From: Escherichia phage ECO07P3
Length of the DNA: 64,000 nucleotides
Direction: 5' to 3' (one strand)
Sequence record: OP172786
Positions 16,645-28,658 of the stretch are shown in pieces. The position numbers were made by a program, and so were the translations under genes. Every line of letters begins with the position of its first letter. Within the stretch, counting starts at the first letter, position 1. The notes under the pieces are model-generated. The model was given only the letters and a program-made list of their open reading frames with translations, searched no databases and was not told where the DNA came from.

Positions 16645-18355
16645 TAACCTTAATTGGTTTGTTGGTGTTGTTGAAGATAGAATGGACCCATTAAAATTAG
16701 GTCGTGTTCGTGTTCGTGTGGTTGGTCTGCATCCACCACAAAGAGCACAAGGTGATGTAATGGGTATTCCAACTGAAAAATTACCATGGATGTCAGTTAT
16801 TCAACCTATAACTTCTGCAGCAATGTCAGGAATTGGAGGTTCTGTTACTGGACCGGTAGAAGGAACTAGAGTTTATGGTCATTTTTTAGACAAATGGAAA
16901 ACTAACGGAATTGTCCTTGGCACGTATGGTGGAATAGTTCGCGAAAAACCGAATAGACTTGAAGGATTTTCTGACCCAACTGGGCAGTATCCTAGACGTT
17001 TAGGAAATGATACTAACGTATTAAACCAAGGCGGAGAAGTAGGATATGATTCGTCTTCTAATATTATCCAAGATAGCAATCTAGACACTGCGATAAATCC
17101 TGATGATAGACCGCTATCAGAAATTCCAACTGATGATAATCCAAATATGTCAATGGCTGAAATGCTTCGCCGTGATGAAGGATTAAGACTAAAAGTTTAT
17201 TGGGATACTGAAGGATATCCGACAATTGGCATTGGTCATCTTATCATGAAGCAACCAGTTCGTGATATGGCCCAAATTAATAAAGTTTTATCAAAACAAG
17301 TTGGTCGTGAAATTACCGGAAATCCAGGTTCTATTACAATGGAAGAAGCGGTAGCTTTATTTGAACGTGATTTGGCTGATATGCAACGTGACATTAAATC
17401 ACATTCTAAAGTTGGCCCAGTTTGGAAAGCAGTTAATCGTTCTCGTCAAATGGCGTTAGAAAATATGGCATTTCAGATGGGTGTTGGTGGTGTAGCTAAA
17501 TTTAACACAATGTTAACTGCTATGTTAGCAGGAGATTGGGAAAAAGCATATAAAGCTGGTCGTGATTCATTGTGGTATCAACAAACAAAAGGCCGTGCAT
17601 CCCGTGTTACCATGATTATTCTTACGGGAAATTTGGAATCATACGGTGTTGAAGTGAAAACCCCAGCTAGGTCTCTATCAGCAATGGCTGCTACTGTAGC
17701 TAAATCTTCTGACCCGGCTGACCCTCCTATTCCGAATGATTCAAGAATTTTATTCAAAGAACCTGTTTCTTCATATAAAGGTGAATATCCGTATGTTCAC
17801 ACAATGGAAACTGAAAGCGGTCATATTCAAGAATTTGATGATACCCCTGGGCAAGAACGATACAGATTAGTTCATCCGACTGGAACGTATGAGGAAGTAT
17901 CACCGTCAGGAAGAAGAACAAGAAAAACTGTTGATAATTTGTATGATATAACAAATGCTGATGGTAATTTTTTGGTAGCTGGCGATAAAAAGACTAATGT
18001 CGGTGGATCAGAAATTTATTACAACATGGATAATCGTCTTCACCAAATAGATGGAAGCAATACGATATTTGTGCGTGGCGATGAAACTAAGACAGTTGAA
18101 GGTAATGGAACTATCCTAGTCAAAGGTAATGTTACTATTGTAGTTGAAGGTAATGCTGACATTACAGTTAAAGGAGATGCTACCACTTTAGTTGAAGGAA
18201 ATCAGACTAATACAGTAAATGGAAATCTTTCTTGGAAAGTTGCTGGGACAGTTGATTGGGACGTTGGTGGTGATTGGACAGAAAAAATGGCATCTATGAG
18301 TTCTATTTCATCTGGTCAATACACAATTGATGGATCGAGGATTGACATTGGCTAA
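16628..18355 (+). CDS. 5: gp5 baseplate hub and tail lysozyme (cell-puncturing device)
   Basis: 575 aa; internal lysozyme domain (MAEMLRRDEGLRLKVYWDTEGYPTIGIGHL) and C-terminal 8-residue beta-helix repeats (VEGNGTIL VKGNVTIV VEGNADIT ...). Confidence 0.95.
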   Translation: MEMISNNLNWFVGVVEDRMDPLKLGRVRVRVVGLHPPQRAQGDVMGIPTEKLPWMSVIQPITSAAMSGIGGSVTGPVEGTRVYGHFLDKWKTNGIVLGTYGGIVREKPNRLEGFSDPTGQYPRRLGNDTNVLNQGGEVGYDSSSNIIQDSNLDTAINPDDRPLSEIPTDDNPNMSMAEMLRRDEGLRLKVYWDTEGYPTIGIGHLIMKQPVRDMAQINKVLSKQVGREITGNPGSITMEEAVALFERDLADMQRDIKSHSKVGPVWKAVNRSRQMALENMAFQMGVGGVAKFNTMLTAMLAGDWEKAYKAGRDSLWYQQTKGRASRVTMIILTGNLESYGVEVKTPARSLSAMAATVAKSSDPADPPIPNDSRILFKEPVSSYKGEYPYVHTMETESGHIQEFDDTPGQERYRLVHPTGTYEEVSPSGRRTRKTVDNLYDITNADGNFLVAGDKKTNVGGSEIYYNMDNRLHQIDGSNTIFVRGDETKTVEGNGTILVKGNVTIVVEGNADITVKGDATTLVEGNQTNTVNGNLSWKVAGTVDWDVGGDWTEKMASMSSISSGQYTIDGSRIDIG

Positions 18356-18389
18356 TATACTTCCAATGAGCGCTGATTTAGGAGAATCC

Positions 18390-18884
18390 ATGGAAGGTTC
18401 TTCTATCGACGTCACCTTTACCGCTCAATTAGAAACAGGTGAAACGTTAGTATCTATAAATATAACTAGTTACGAAGAAACTCCTGGGGTTTTAGTAGAA
18501 GAAAATCGTTTATATGGAACGTATGAATCTGTATTTGGATTTGGAAATGATGCGTTGAAATATCGTTTAGATAATGAATTTAAAACTGCTGCTTCATGGG
18601 AAGACCTTCCAACTGATTCTAATACTCAATTATATTTATGGAAAGCTCCTCAAAACCTCCAGAAGACATTCACTTACGAAGTAACATTAATATATGACTA
18701 CCAAGAACAAAGTGAATCCGGAGGTTCTGACAGTAATTCTAGGTCATCTTCTGATACTACTGAACCAACGAATCCTCCAGCTCCAATAAGAAAAACTCTT
18801 GTTAAAAATTACACAAAAACTATAGTTGGAAATTGGAGTCGTTGGGCTAATAAATTGAGAAGCTATGTGTATGAGAGGCCATAA
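18390..18884 (+). CDS. gp5.1-like protein
   Basis: Probable start is ATG at 18390 with AGGAG five nt upstream; the ORF-track start at 18327 overlaps gene 5. Confidence 0.6.
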
Positions 18885-19178
18885 ATGTCAGGATTAAGTT
18901 ATGATAAGTGTGTTACTGCCGGCCATGAAGCATGGCCTCCAACGGTTGTGAATGCTACACAAAGTAAAGTATTCACCGGAGGAATTGCTGTTCTTGTAGC
19001 AGGCGATCCAATTACAGAACATACAGAAATTAAAAAGCCATATGAAACACATGGCGGAGTGACACAACCTAGAACTTCTAAGGTATATGTCACTGGAAAG
19101 AAAGCTGTTCAAATGGCTGATCCAATATCATGCGGTGATACTGTGGCTCAGGCATCATCTAAAGTATTCATTAAATAG
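18885..19178 (+). CDS. 5.4: gp5.4 PAAR-like spike tip protein
   Basis: 97 aa, same size and position as T4 gp5.4. Confidence 0.8.
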
Positions 19179-19186
19179 GATTTAAA

Positions 19187-21169
19187 ATGGCAAATACCCC
19201 TGTAAATTATCAATTAACAAGAACAGCAAATGCTATTCCCGAGATATTCGTCGGGGGCACATTTGCTGAAATAAAACAAAACCTCATTGAATGGCTTAAT
19301 GGCCAAAATGAATTTTTGGATTATGATTTTGAAGGCTCAAGATTAAACGTTCTGTGTGACCTTTTGGCTTATAATACGCTGTACATTCAGCAGTTTGGTA
19401 ATGCTGCCTTGTATGAAAGCTTTATGCGTACTGCTAACTTACGTAGTTCAGTAGTTCAAGCTGCACAAGATAATGGATATTTACCTACTTCAAAATCAGC
19501 TGCTCAAACTGAAATTATGCTAACTTGTACAGATGCATTGAATAGAAATTACATTACTATTCCTCGTGGTACTCGCTTTTTAGCATATGCAAAGGATACT
19601 TCCGTTAATCCTTACAACTTTGTATCTACCGAAGATGTTATTGCTATTCGCGATAAAAATAACCAATATTTTCCACGTTTAAAATTGGCCCAGGGACGTA
19701 TAGTAAGAACTGAAATCATTTATGATAAATTAACACCTATTATCATTTATGACAAAAATATTGATAGAAACCAGGTTAAATTATATGTTGATGGAGCGGA
19801 ATGGATTAACTGGACAAGAAAGTCAATGGTTCATGCTGGTTCTACATCAACAATTTACTACATGCGTGAAACTATTGATGGAAATACTGAGTTTTATTTT
19901 GGTGAAGGTGAGATTTCTGTTAATGCGGCAGAAGGAGCATTGACTGCTAATTATATTGGGGGTCTTAAACCTACCCAGAACTCTACGATTGTTATTGAGT
20001 ACATCAGTACTAACGGCGCAGATGCGAATGGCGCAGTCGGATTTTCATATGCAGATACATTGACAAATATAACTGTCATCAACATTAATGAAAATCCAAA
20101 CGATGACCCAGATTTTGTTGGGGCAGATGGCGGCGGCGATCCAGAAGATATTGAACGTATTCGCGAATTGGGTACTATTAAACGCGAAACCCAGCAACGC
20201 TGCGTAACTGCGACTGACTATGATACATTCGTTTCAGAGAGATTTGGTTCTATTATTCAAGCCGTTCAGACTTTCACTGATTCTACTAAACCTGGTTATG
20301 CATTTATTGCTGCTAAACCTAAATCAGGATTGTATTTAACTACTGTACAGCGCGAAGATATTAAAAATTATCTCAAAGACTATAATTTAGCTCCTATTAC
20401 GCCATCAATTATTTCTCCTAATTATCTTTTTATTAAGACTAATTTAAAAGTCACATATGCTTTAAATAAGCTACAAGAATCCGAACAGTGGCTTGAAGGT
20501 CAAATAATTGATAAAATTGACCGCTATTATACTGAAGATGTAGAAATTTTTAACTCGTCTTTTGCCAAGTCTAAGATGTTAACTTATGTAGATGATGCAG
20601 ATCATTCTATCATTGGTTCATCAGCGACTATTCAAATGGTTCGTGAAGTACAAAACTTCTATAAAACGCCTGAAGCAGGTATTAAATACAATAATCAAAT
20701 AAAAGATCGTTCTATGGAATCTAATACGTTTTCATTTAATTCTGGACGAAAGGTTGTGAATCCTGATACTGGTTTAGAAGAAGATGTATTATATGACGTT
20801 CGCATAGTATCAACAGACCGAGATTCTAAAGGAATTGGTAAAGTTATTATTGGTCCATTTGCTTCTGGCGATGTTACAGAAAATGAAAACATTCAGCCGT
20901 ATACAGGCAACGATTTTAACAAATTAGCAAATTCTGATGGACGCGACAAATACTATGTTATCGGTGAAATAAATTATCCAGCTGATGTGATTTATTGGAA
21001 TATCGCTAAAATTAATTTAACATCTGAAAAATTTGAAGTTCAGACCATCGAATTATATTCTGACCCAACCGATGATGTTATCTTTACTCGCGATGGTTCA
21101 CTGATTGTATTTGAAAATGACTTACGTCCACAATACTTAACTATCGATTTGGAGCCTATATCACAATGA
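19187..21169 (+). CDS. 6: gp6 baseplate wedge protein
   Basis: 660 aa; gene order. Confidence 0.9.
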   Translation: MANTPVNYQLTRTANAIPEIFVGGTFAEIKQNLIEWLNGQNEFLDYDFEGSRLNVLCDLLAYNTLYIQQFGNAALYESFMRTANLRSSVVQAAQDNGYLPTSKSAAQTEIMLTCTDALNRNYITIPRGTRFLAYAKDTSVNPYNFVSTEDVIAIRDKNNQYFPRLKLAQGRIVRTEIIYDKLTPIIIYDKNIDRNQVKLYVDGAEWINWTRKSMVHAGSTSTIYYMRETIDGNTEFYFGEGEISVNAAEGALTANYIGGLKPTQNSTIVIEYISTNGADANGAVGFSYADTLTNITVININENPNDDPDFVGADGGGDPEDIERIRELGTIKRETQQRCVTATDYDTFVSERFGSIIQAVQTFTDSTKPGYAFIAAKPKSGLYLTTVQREDIKNYLKDYNLAPITPSIISPNYLFIKTNLKVTYALNKLQESEQWLEGQIIDKIDRYYTEDVEIFNSSFAKSKMLTYVDDADHSIIGSSATIQMVREVQNFYKTPEAGIKYNNQIKDRSMESNTFSFNSGRKVVNPDTGLEEDVLYDVRIVSTDRDSKGIGKVIIGPFASGDVTENENIQPYTGNDFNKLANSDGRDKYYVIGEINYPADVIYWNIAKINLTSEKFEVQTIELYSDPTDDVIFTRDGSLIVFENDLRPQYLTIDLEPISQ

Positions 21170-24100
21170 CAGTAAAAGCACCTTCAGTCACTAGTCTCAG
21201 AATTTCCAAGTTATCCGCAAATCAGGTGCAAGTACGCTGGGATGACGTTGGTGCTAATTTCTACTATTTTGTAGAAATCGCTGAGACAAAAACAAACTCG
21301 GGGGAAAATCTCCCGAGTAATCAATACAGATGGATTAACTTAGGATATACTGCAAATAACAGCTTCTTTTTTGATGATGCTGACCCGTTGACATCATACA
21401 TTATCAGAGTAGCTACTGCTGCGCAAGATTTTGAGCAGTCTGATTGGATTTATACCGAAGAGTTTGAAACTTTTGCTACAAATGCTTATACATTTCAAAA
21501 CATGATTGAAATGCAATTAGCTAATAAATTCATTCAGGAAAAATTTACTCTTAATAATTCTGATTATGTCAATTTTAATAATGACACTATAATGGCTGCA
21601 TTGATGAATGAATCATTTCAGTTCAGCCCATCATATGTTGACGTTTCATCAATAAGCAATTTTATTATTGGTGAAAATGAGTATCATGAAATACAAGGTT
21701 CTATTCAGCAAGTATGTAAGGATATTAACCGAGTTTATTTGATGGAATCAGAAGGGATTCTATACCTTTTTGAGCGTTATCAACCTGTAGTTAAAGTATC
21801 CAATGATAAAGGACAAACTTGGAAAGCTGTAAAGCTCTTCAATGACCGCGTAGGATATCCTTTATCTAAGACAGTATATTACCAATCTGCGAACACAACA
21901 TACGTTCTAGGATACGACAAGATTTTCTATGGCCGCAAATCGACTGATGTTAGATGGTCAGCTGATGATGTCAGATTTAGTTCTCAGGATATTACATTCG
22001 CTAAACTTGGCGACCAATTACATTTAGGATTTGATGTAGAAATTTTTGCCACTTACGCAACTTTGCCAGCGAATGTATACCGTATTGCAGAAGCTATTAC
22101 TTGCACCGATGATTACATTTATGTTGTCGCCAGAGACAAAGTTAGATACATAAAAACAAGCAATGCACCCATAGATTCTGATCCATTATCTCCAACATAT
22201 TCGGAAAGGCTTTTTGAACCTGATACAATGACTATAACCGGAAATCCTAAAGCAGTATGCTATAAAATGGATTCTATCGGTGATAAAGTTTTTGCTCTTA
22301 TTATTGGTGAAGTTGAAACATTAAATGCTAATCCTAGAACATCAAAAATAATTGATTCTGCTGATAAAGGAATATATGTTTTAAATCATGACACAAAAAC
22401 ATGGAAAAGAGTTTTTGGCAACACTGAAGAAGAAAGAAGACGTATTCAACCAGGGTATGCGAATATGTCAACTGATGGTAAATTAGTTTCTCTATCATCG
22501 AGCAATTTTAAATTTTTAAGTGATAATGTTGTTAATGACCCTGAAACTGCAGTAAAATATCAGTTAATCGGTGCTGTTAAATATGAATTTCCTCGTGAAT
22601 GGTTAGCTGATAAGCATTATCATATGATGGCATTTATAGCAGATGAAAAGTCTGATTGGGAAACTTTTACTCCTCAGCCGATGAAATACTATGCAGAACC
22701 ATTCTTTAACTGGTCTAAAAAATCTAACACACGTTGTTGGATAAACAACTCTGATAGGGTTGTAGTAGTTTATGCTGATTTAAAATATACTAAAGTTATA
22801 GAAAATATTCCGGAAACATCACCAGATAGATTAGTTCATGAATATTGGGATGATGGCGATTGTACTATAGTAATGCCAAATGTTAAATTCACTGGATTTA
22901 AAAAATATGCATCTGGGATGCTTTTCTATAAAGCCTCTGGCGAAATAATTTCTTACTATGATTTTAACTATCGTGTTAGAGACACTGTCGAAATTATTTG
23001 GAAGCCAACTGAAGTATTTTTAAAAGCATTTTTACAAAACCAAGAGCATGAAACTCCTTGGTCGCCCGAAGAAGAGCGTGGATTAGCTGACCCTGATTTA
23101 AGACCATTGATTGGCACAATGATGCCTGATTCTTATTTGTTACAGGATTCGAATTTTGAGGCATTTTGCGAAGCATATATTCAGTATCTTTCTGATGGAT
23201 ATGGAACCCAGTATAATAATTTACGAAATTTAATTCGTAACAAATATCCACGAGAAGAGCATGCATGGGAATATTTGTGGTCAGAGATATATAAAAGAAA
23301 CATTTATTTAAATGCTGACAAACGCGATGCTGTTGCAAGATTTTTCGAATCACGTAGCTATGATTTTTATTCTACTAAAGGAATTGAAGCATCATACAAA
23401 TTTCTTTTTAAAGTTCTTTATAATGAAGAGGTTGAAATTGAAATTGAATCTGGGGCTGGTACTGAATATGATATAATCGTTCAATCTGATTCTTTGACTG
23501 AAGACTTAGTAGGACAAACGATTTATACAGCCACAGGAAGATGTAATGTTACTTATATAGAAAGAAGCTATTCTAATGGTAAATTGCAATGGACCGTAAC
23601 TATTCATAATCTTTTGGGAAGATTGATTGCCGGTCAAGAAGTTAAAGCAGAAAGACTTCCTAGTTTTGAAGGCGAAATTATTCGTGGCGTTAAAGGAAAG
23701 GATTTGCTTCAAAACAATATAGACTATATTAATAGAAGTAGATCATACTATGTAATGAAAATTAAATCCAATTTACCTTCTTCCCGCTGGAAATCTGACG
23801 TTATTCGTTTTGTTCATCCAGTAGGATTTGGATTTATAGCAATTACCCTTTTAACAATGTTTATTAATGTTGGTTTAACTCTTAAACACACAGAGACTAT
23901 AATTAATAAATACAAAAACTATAAATGGGATTCTGGATTGCCTACTGAATACGCTGATAGAGTAGCTAAATTGACTCCAACTGGAGAAATTGAGCATGAT
24001 TCAGTAACAGGCGAAGCAATTTATGAGCCTGGCCCAATGGCTGGCGTAAAATATCCTCTTCCTGATGACTATAATGCTGAAAATAATAATTCAATATTTC

Positions 24101-24264
24101 AAGGTCAATTGCCGTCTGAACGACGTAAATTAATGAGTCCTTTATTTGATGCATCTGGAACAACATTTGCACAATTTAGGGATTTAGTTAATAAACGTCT
24201 AAAAGATAATATAGGAAATCCAAGAGACCCTGAAAATCCAACACAGGTTAAAATAGATGAATGA
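21166..24264 (+). CDS. 7: gp7 baseplate wedge protein
   Basis: 1032 aa; gene order. Confidence 0.9.
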   Translation: MTVKAPSVTSLRISKLSANQVQVRWDDVGANFYYFVEIAETKTNSGENLPSNQYRWINLGYTANNSFFFDDADPLTSYIIRVATAAQDFEQSDWIYTEEFETFATNAYTFQNMIEMQLANKFIQEKFTLNNSDYVNFNNDTIMAALMNESFQFSPSYVDVSSISNFIIGENEYHEIQGSIQQVCKDINRVYLMESEGILYLFERYQPVVKVSNDKGQTWKAVKLFNDRVGYPLSKTVYYQSANTTYVLGYDKIFYGRKSTDVRWSADDVRFSSQDITFAKLGDQLHLGFDVEIFATYATLPANVYRIAEAITCTDDYIYVVARDKVRYIKTSNAPIDSDPLSPTYSERLFEPDTMTITGNPKAVCYKMDSIGDKVFALIIGEVETLNANPRTSKIIDSADKGIYVLNHDTKTWKRVFGNTEEERRRIQPGYANMSTDGKLVSLSSSNFKFLSDNVVNDPETAVKYQLIGAVKYEFPREWLADKHYHMMAFIADEKSDWETFTPQPMKYYAEPFFNWSKKSNTRCWINNSDRVVVVYADLKYTKVIENIPETSPDRLVHEYWDDGDCTIVMPNVKFTGFKKYASGMLFYKASGEIISYYDFNYRVRDTVEIIWKPTEVFLKAFLQNQEHETPWSPEEERGLADPDLRPLIGTMMPDSYLLQDSNFEAFCEAYIQYLSDGYGTQYNNLRNLIRNKYPREEHAWEYLWSEIYKRNIYLNADKRDAVARFFESRSYDFYSTKGIEASYKFLFKVLYNEEVEIEIESGAGTEYDIIVQSDSLTEDLVGQTIYTATGRCNVTYIERSYSNGKLQWTVTIHNLLGRLIAGQEVKAERLPSFEGEIIRGVKGKDLLQNNIDYINRSRSYYVMKIKSNLPSSRWKSDVIRFVHPVGFGFIAITLLTMFINVGLTLKHTETIINKYKNYKWDSGLPTEYADRVAKLTPTGEIEHDSVTGEAIYEPGPMAGVKYPLPDDYNAENNNSIFQGQLPSERRKLMSPLFDASGTTFAQFRDLVNKRLKDNIGNPRDPENPTQVKIDE

Positions 24265-25261
24265 TTCAAGTGTTATCTATCGTGCGATAGTTACTTCAAA
24301 ATTTAGAACAGAAAAAATGTTGAATTTTTATAATTCAATTGGAAGTGGTCCGGATAAAAACACTATCTTTATCACATTTGGAAGATCAGAACCATGGTCA
24401 TCAAATGAAAATGAGGCGGGCTTTGCCCCGCCTTATCCCACTGATTCTGTATTAGGTGTAACTGATATGTGGACACATATGATGGGAACAGTAAAGGTTC
24501 TTCCATCAATGCTTGATGCTGTTATTCCTCGCAGAGATTGGGGAGATACTAGATATCCGGATCCATACACATTTAGAATTAACGATATTGTAGTGTGTAA
24601 CTCAGCTCCTTACAATGCTACTGAATCAGGCGCAGGCTGGCTAGTATATCGTTGTTTAGATGTTCCTGATACTGGAATGTGTTCAATAACATCTTTAACT
24701 GATAAGGATGAATGCCTCAAATTAGGTGGAAAATGGACTCCTTCTGCTAGGTCAATGACTCCTCCTGAAGGTCGAGGAGACGCGGAAGGAACAATCGAAC
24801 CCGGCGACGGATATGTTTGGGAATATCTTTTTGAGATTCCGCCTGATGTATCTATAAATAGATGCACGAATGAATATATCGTGGTTCCTTGGCCTGAGGA
24901 ATTAAAAGAAGACCCGGCCAGATGGGGGTATGAAGATAATCTCACTTGGCAACAAGATGATTTTGGATTAATTTACCGTGTTAAGGCAAATACTATCCGT
25001 TTTAAAGCATATTTAGATTCAGTTTATTTTCCTGAAGCTGCATTGCCGGGAAATAAAGGATTTAGACAAATATCAATAATCACGAATCCTCTTGAAGCTA
25101 AAGCTAATCCAAATGACCCAAACGTTAAAGCTGAAAAGGATTATTATGATCCGGAAGATTTAATGAGGCATTCGGGCGAAATGATTTATATGGAAAATAG
25201 GCCACCTATTATCATGGCAATGGATCAAACAGAAGAAATCAATATTCTGTTTACATTTTAA
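24257..25261 (+). CDS. 8: gp8 baseplate wedge protein
   Basis: 334 aa; gene order. Confidence 0.9.
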   Translation: MNDSSVIYRAIVTSKFRTEKMLNFYNSIGSGPDKNTIFITFGRSEPWSSNENEAGFAPPYPTDSVLGVTDMWTHMMGTVKVLPSMLDAVIPRRDWGDTRYPDPYTFRINDIVVCNSAPYNATESGAGWLVYRCLDVPDTGMCSITSLTDKDECLKLGGKWTPSARSMTPPEGRGDAEGTIEPGDGYVWEYLFEIPPDVSINRCTNEYIVVPWPEELKEDPARWGYEDNLTWQQDDFGLIYRVKANTIRFKAYLDSVYFPEAALPGNKGFRQISIITNPLEAKANPNDPNVKAEKDYYDPEDLMRHSGEMIYMENRPPIIMAMDQTEEINILFTF

Positions 25262-25266
25262 CTTAA

Positions 25267-25290
25267 GGGAGCCCATGGGCTCCCTTTTTC
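25267..25290 (+). terminator. Rho-independent terminator after gene 8
   Basis: gggagcccatgggctccc hairpin followed by tttttc. Confidence 0.6.
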
Positions 25291-25292
25291 TT

Positions 25293-25300
25293 TATAAATA
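25293..25300 (+). promoter_or_regulatory. Late promoter TATAAATA upstream of gene 9
   Basis: Exact consensus match. Confidence 0.55.
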
Positions 25301-25324
25301 CTATAAACTCATAAGGAAACCGCT

Positions 25325-26191
25325 ATGTTCATTCAAGAACCAAAGAAATTGATTGATACCGGCGAAATTGGTAACGCTTCTACTGGTGATATCTTATTCG
25401 ACGGTGGTAATAAAATTAATAGTGATTTTAACGCAATTTATAATGCGTTTGGCGATCAACGCAAAATGGCAGTAGCAAATGGCACTGGAGCAGATGGCCA
25501 AATTATCCATGCTACTGGATATTATCAAAAACACTCTATTACAGAGTACGCAACTCCAGTAAAAGTTGGCACTAGGCATGATATTGATACCTCTACTGTA
25601 GGTGTTAAAGTTATCATTGAAAGAGGCGAACTCGGCGATTGTGTTGAATTCATTAACTCAAATGGATCAATATCAGTTACTAATCCTTTAACAATTCAAG
25701 CTATTGATTCAATTAAAGGTGTTTCGGGTAATTTAGTAGTAACTAGTCCATATAGTAAAGTTACTTTACGCTGTATTTCATCTGATAATTCTACATCGGT
25801 TTGGAACTATTCTATTGAAAGTATGTTTGGGCAAAAGGAATCACCAACTGAAGATACATGGAATATTTCTACAACCGGATCAGTTGATATTCCACTATTT
25901 CATCGCACTGAATACAATATGGCTAAATTGTTAGTTACATGCCAATCAGTAGATGGAAGAAAAATTAAAACAGCAGAAATAAATATTCTTGTGGATACTG
26001 TTAATTCAGAGGTAATTTCTTCTGAATATGCTGTCATGCGAGTTGGTAATGAAACCGAAGAAGACGAAATCGCTAATATTGCATTTAGTATTAAAGAAAA
26101 TTATGTAACGGCGACTATAAGTTCTTCAACTGTCGGTATGAGAGCAGCAGTTAAAGTTATCGCTACGCAGAAAATCGGGGTGGCTCAATAA
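25325..26191 (+). CDS. 9: gp9 baseplate protein (long tail fibre socket)
   Basis: 288 aa; gene order. Confidence 0.9.
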   Translation: MFIQEPKKLIDTGEIGNASTGDILFDGGNKINSDFNAIYNAFGDQRKMAVANGTGADGQIIHATGYYQKHSITEYATPVKVGTRHDIDTSTVGVKVIIERGELGDCVEFINSNGSISVTNPLTIQAIDSIKGVSGNLVVTSPYSKVTLRCISSDNSTSVWNYSIESMFGQKESPTEDTWNISTTGSVDIPLFHRTEYNMAKLLVTCQSVDGRKIKTAEINILVDTVNSEVISSEYAVMRVGNETEEDEIANIAFSIKENYVTATISSSTVGMRAAVKVIATQKIGVAQ

Positions 26192-27999
26192 TGAAACAAA
26201 ATATTAATATCGGTAATGTTGTAGATGATGGTACCGGTGACTACCTGCGTAAAGGTGGTATAAAAATAAATGAAAACTTTGATGAGCTTTATTATGAACT
26301 CGGTGATGGTGATGTTCCATATTCAGCCGGTGCCTGGAAAACTTATGATGCTTCATCAGGACAAACATTAACAGCAGAATGGGGAAAATCATACGCTATT
26401 AATACATCTTCTGGAAGAGTGACTATAAATCTTCCAAAGGGTACAGTTAATGATTACAACAAGGTAATTAGAGCCAGAGACGTATTTGCTACATGGAACG
26501 TTAATCCAGTTGCACTAGTAGCTGCTTCCGGTGATACGATTAAAGGGTCTGCAGTACCAGTTGAAATTAATGTTCAATTCAGTGATTTAGAACTAGTGTA
26601 TTGTGCCCCAGGACGTTGGGAATATGTCAAAAATAAACAAATTGACAAAATTACCAGTTCAGACATTAGTAATGTAGCTCGCAAAGAATTTTTAGTTGAA
26701 GTTCAAGGACAAACGGACTTTTTAGATGTTTTCCGTGGAACTAGTTATAATGTAAATAACATCAGAGTAAAACATCGCGGTAACGAATTGTATTACGGTG
26801 ATGTATTTAGCGAAAACAGCGATTTTGGCTCTCCGGGCGAAAATGAAGGTGAATTAGTTCCTCTTGATGGATTTAATATTCGATTAAGACAGCCTTGTAA
26901 TATTGGTGACACTGTTCAAATCGAAACATTTATGGATGGTGTATCGCAGTGGAGAAGTTCATATACAAGACGTCAAATTAGATTGTTAGATTCAAAATTA
27001 ACGTCAAAAACTTCTCTAGAAGGAAGTATTTACGTTACTGATTTATCAACAATGAAATCAATTCCATTTTCTGCTTTTGGATTAATTCCAGGAGAACCTA
27101 TTAATCCTAACTCTCTTGAAGTTCGTTTTAATGGAATTTTGCAGGAATTGGCTGGCACAGCTGGAATGCCATTATTTCATTGTGTTGGTGCCGATTCAGA
27201 CGATGAAGTAGAATGCTCTGTTTTAGGTGGAACTTGGGAACAATCTCATACCGATTATTCAGTTGAAACTGATGAAAACGGCATACCGGAAATTTTACAT
27301 TTCGATAGAGTATTTGAGCATGGTGACATTATCAATATCACCTGGTTTAATAATGATTTGGGTACATTATTAACAAAAGATGAGATTATTGATGAAACCG
27401 ATAATCTCTATGTATCGCAAGGGCCGGGAGTAGATATTTCTGGTGATGTAAATTTAACAGACTTCGATAAAATTGGTTGGCCAAATGTAGAAGCAGTTCA
27501 ATCTTATCAACGCGAATTTAATGCTGTTTCAAATATCTTTGATACGATTTATCCTATTGGAACTATATATGAAAACGCTGTTAATCCAAACAACCCTGTT
27601 ACATATATGGGATTCGGCTCATGGAAATTATTTGGGCAAGGAAAAGTTTTAGTTGGATGGAATGAAGATATTTCGGACCCTAACTTTGCTCTAAATAACA
27701 ATGATTTAGATTCTGGTGGAAATCCTTCGCATACTGCAGGTGGAACAGGTGGTTCTACTTCTGTTACATTGGAAAATGCTAATCTTCCTGCAACTGAAAC
27801 AGATGAAGAAGTTCTAATAGTTGATGAAAATGGATCAGTCATTGTTGGTGGGTGTCAATACGATCCAGATGAATCCGGTCCAATTTACACTAAATACCGT
27901 GAAGCTAAAGCATCTACTAACTCTACTCACACTCCGCCAACATCAATAACTAACATTCAACCATATATTACAGTTTATCGTTGGATAAGGATTGCATAA
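26191..27999 (+). CDS. 10: gp10 baseplate wedge protein
   Basis: 602 aa; gene order. Confidence 0.9.
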   Translation: MKQNINIGNVVDDGTGDYLRKGGIKINENFDELYYELGDGDVPYSAGAWKTYDASSGQTLTAEWGKSYAINTSSGRVTINLPKGTVNDYNKVIRARDVFATWNVNPVALVAASGDTIKGSAVPVEINVQFSDLELVYCAPGRWEYVKNKQIDKITSSDISNVARKEFLVEVQGQTDFLDVFRGTSYNVNNIRVKHRGNELYYGDVFSENSDFGSPGENEGELVPLDGFNIRLRQPCNIGDTVQIETFMDGVSQWRSSYTRRQIRLLDSKLTSKTSLEGSIYVTDLSTMKSIPFSAFGLIPGEPINPNSLEVRFNGILQELAGTAGMPLFHCVGADSDDEVECSVLGGTWEQSHTDYSVETDENGIPEILHFDRVFEHGDIINITWFNNDLGTLLTKDEIIDETDNLYVSQGPGVDISGDVNLTDFDKIGWPNVEAVQSYQREFNAVSNIFDTIYPIGTIYENAVNPNNPVTYMGFGSWKLFGQGKVLVGWNEDISDPNFALNNNDLDSGGNPSHTAGGTGGSTSVTLENANLPATETDEEVLIVDENGSVIVGGCQYDPDESGPIYTKYREAKASTNSTHTPPTSITNIQPYITVYRWIRIA

Positions 28000-28658
28000 T
28001 GAGTTTACTTAATAATAAAGCGGGAGTTATTTCCCGCTTAGCAGATTTTCTTGGTTTTAGACCTAAAGCTGGTAATATAGACGTAATGAATCGTCAATCA
28101 GTTGGGTCAGTGACAATTTCTCAATTAGCGAAAGGATTTTATGAACCTAACGTAGAATCAGCTATTAATGATGTTCATAATTTTTCTATAAAAGACGTTG
28201 GTACAATTATTACTAATAAAACTGGTGTTTCTCCTGAGGGTGTTTCTCAAACTGATTATTGGGCATTTTCAGGAACTGTGACAGATGATTCGCTTCCTCC
28301 TGGTTCTCCTGTTACTGTATTAGTATTTGGTCTTCCAGTTTCAGCAACAACCGGAATGACAGCTATCGAGTTTGTTGCCAAAGTTCGCGTTGCACTGCAA
28401 GAAGCTATTGCGTCATTTACTGCTATCAACTCATATAAAGACCATCCAACAGATGGTAGTAAATTAGAAGTTACTTATTTAGATAATCAAAAACATGTAT
28501 TAAGCACATATTCTACATATGGAATAACTATTTCGCAGGAAATTATTTCTGAGTCTAAACCTGGCTATGGTACATGGAATTTATTAGGCGCACAAACTGT
28601 AACTTTAGATAATCAGCAGACTCCTACAGTATTTTATCATTTTGAGAGAACAGCATGA
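27999..28658 (+). CDS. 11: gp11 baseplate wedge / short tail fibre attachment
   Basis: 219 aa from ATG at 27999, which overlaps the gene 10 stop (TAATG); gene order. Confidence 0.85.
   Translation: MSLLNNKAGVISRLADFLGFRPKAGNIDVMNRQSVGSVTISQLAKGFYEPNVESAINDVHNFSIKDVGTIITNKTGVSPEGVSQTDYWAFSGTVTDDSLPPGSPVTVLVFGLPVSATTGMTAIEFVAKVRVALQEAIASFTAINSYKDHPTDGSKLEVTYLDNQKHVLSTYSTYGITISQEIISESKPGYGTWNLLGAQTVTLDNQQTPTVFYHFERTA

Noticed and set aside
16879-17954. Minus-strand ORFs inside gene 5
   Set aside because: Antisense to the conserved gp5 lysozyme domain.
18060-18260. Periodic ~24-bp repeats in DNA
   Set aside because: They encode the 8-residue beta-helix repeats of the gp5 needle, not a CRISPR array or non-coding tandem repeat.
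22994-24172. Minus-strand ORFs 22994..23353, 23506..23712, 23966..24172
   Set aside because: Antisense to gene 7 with no RBS or homology; gene 7 occupies the region.
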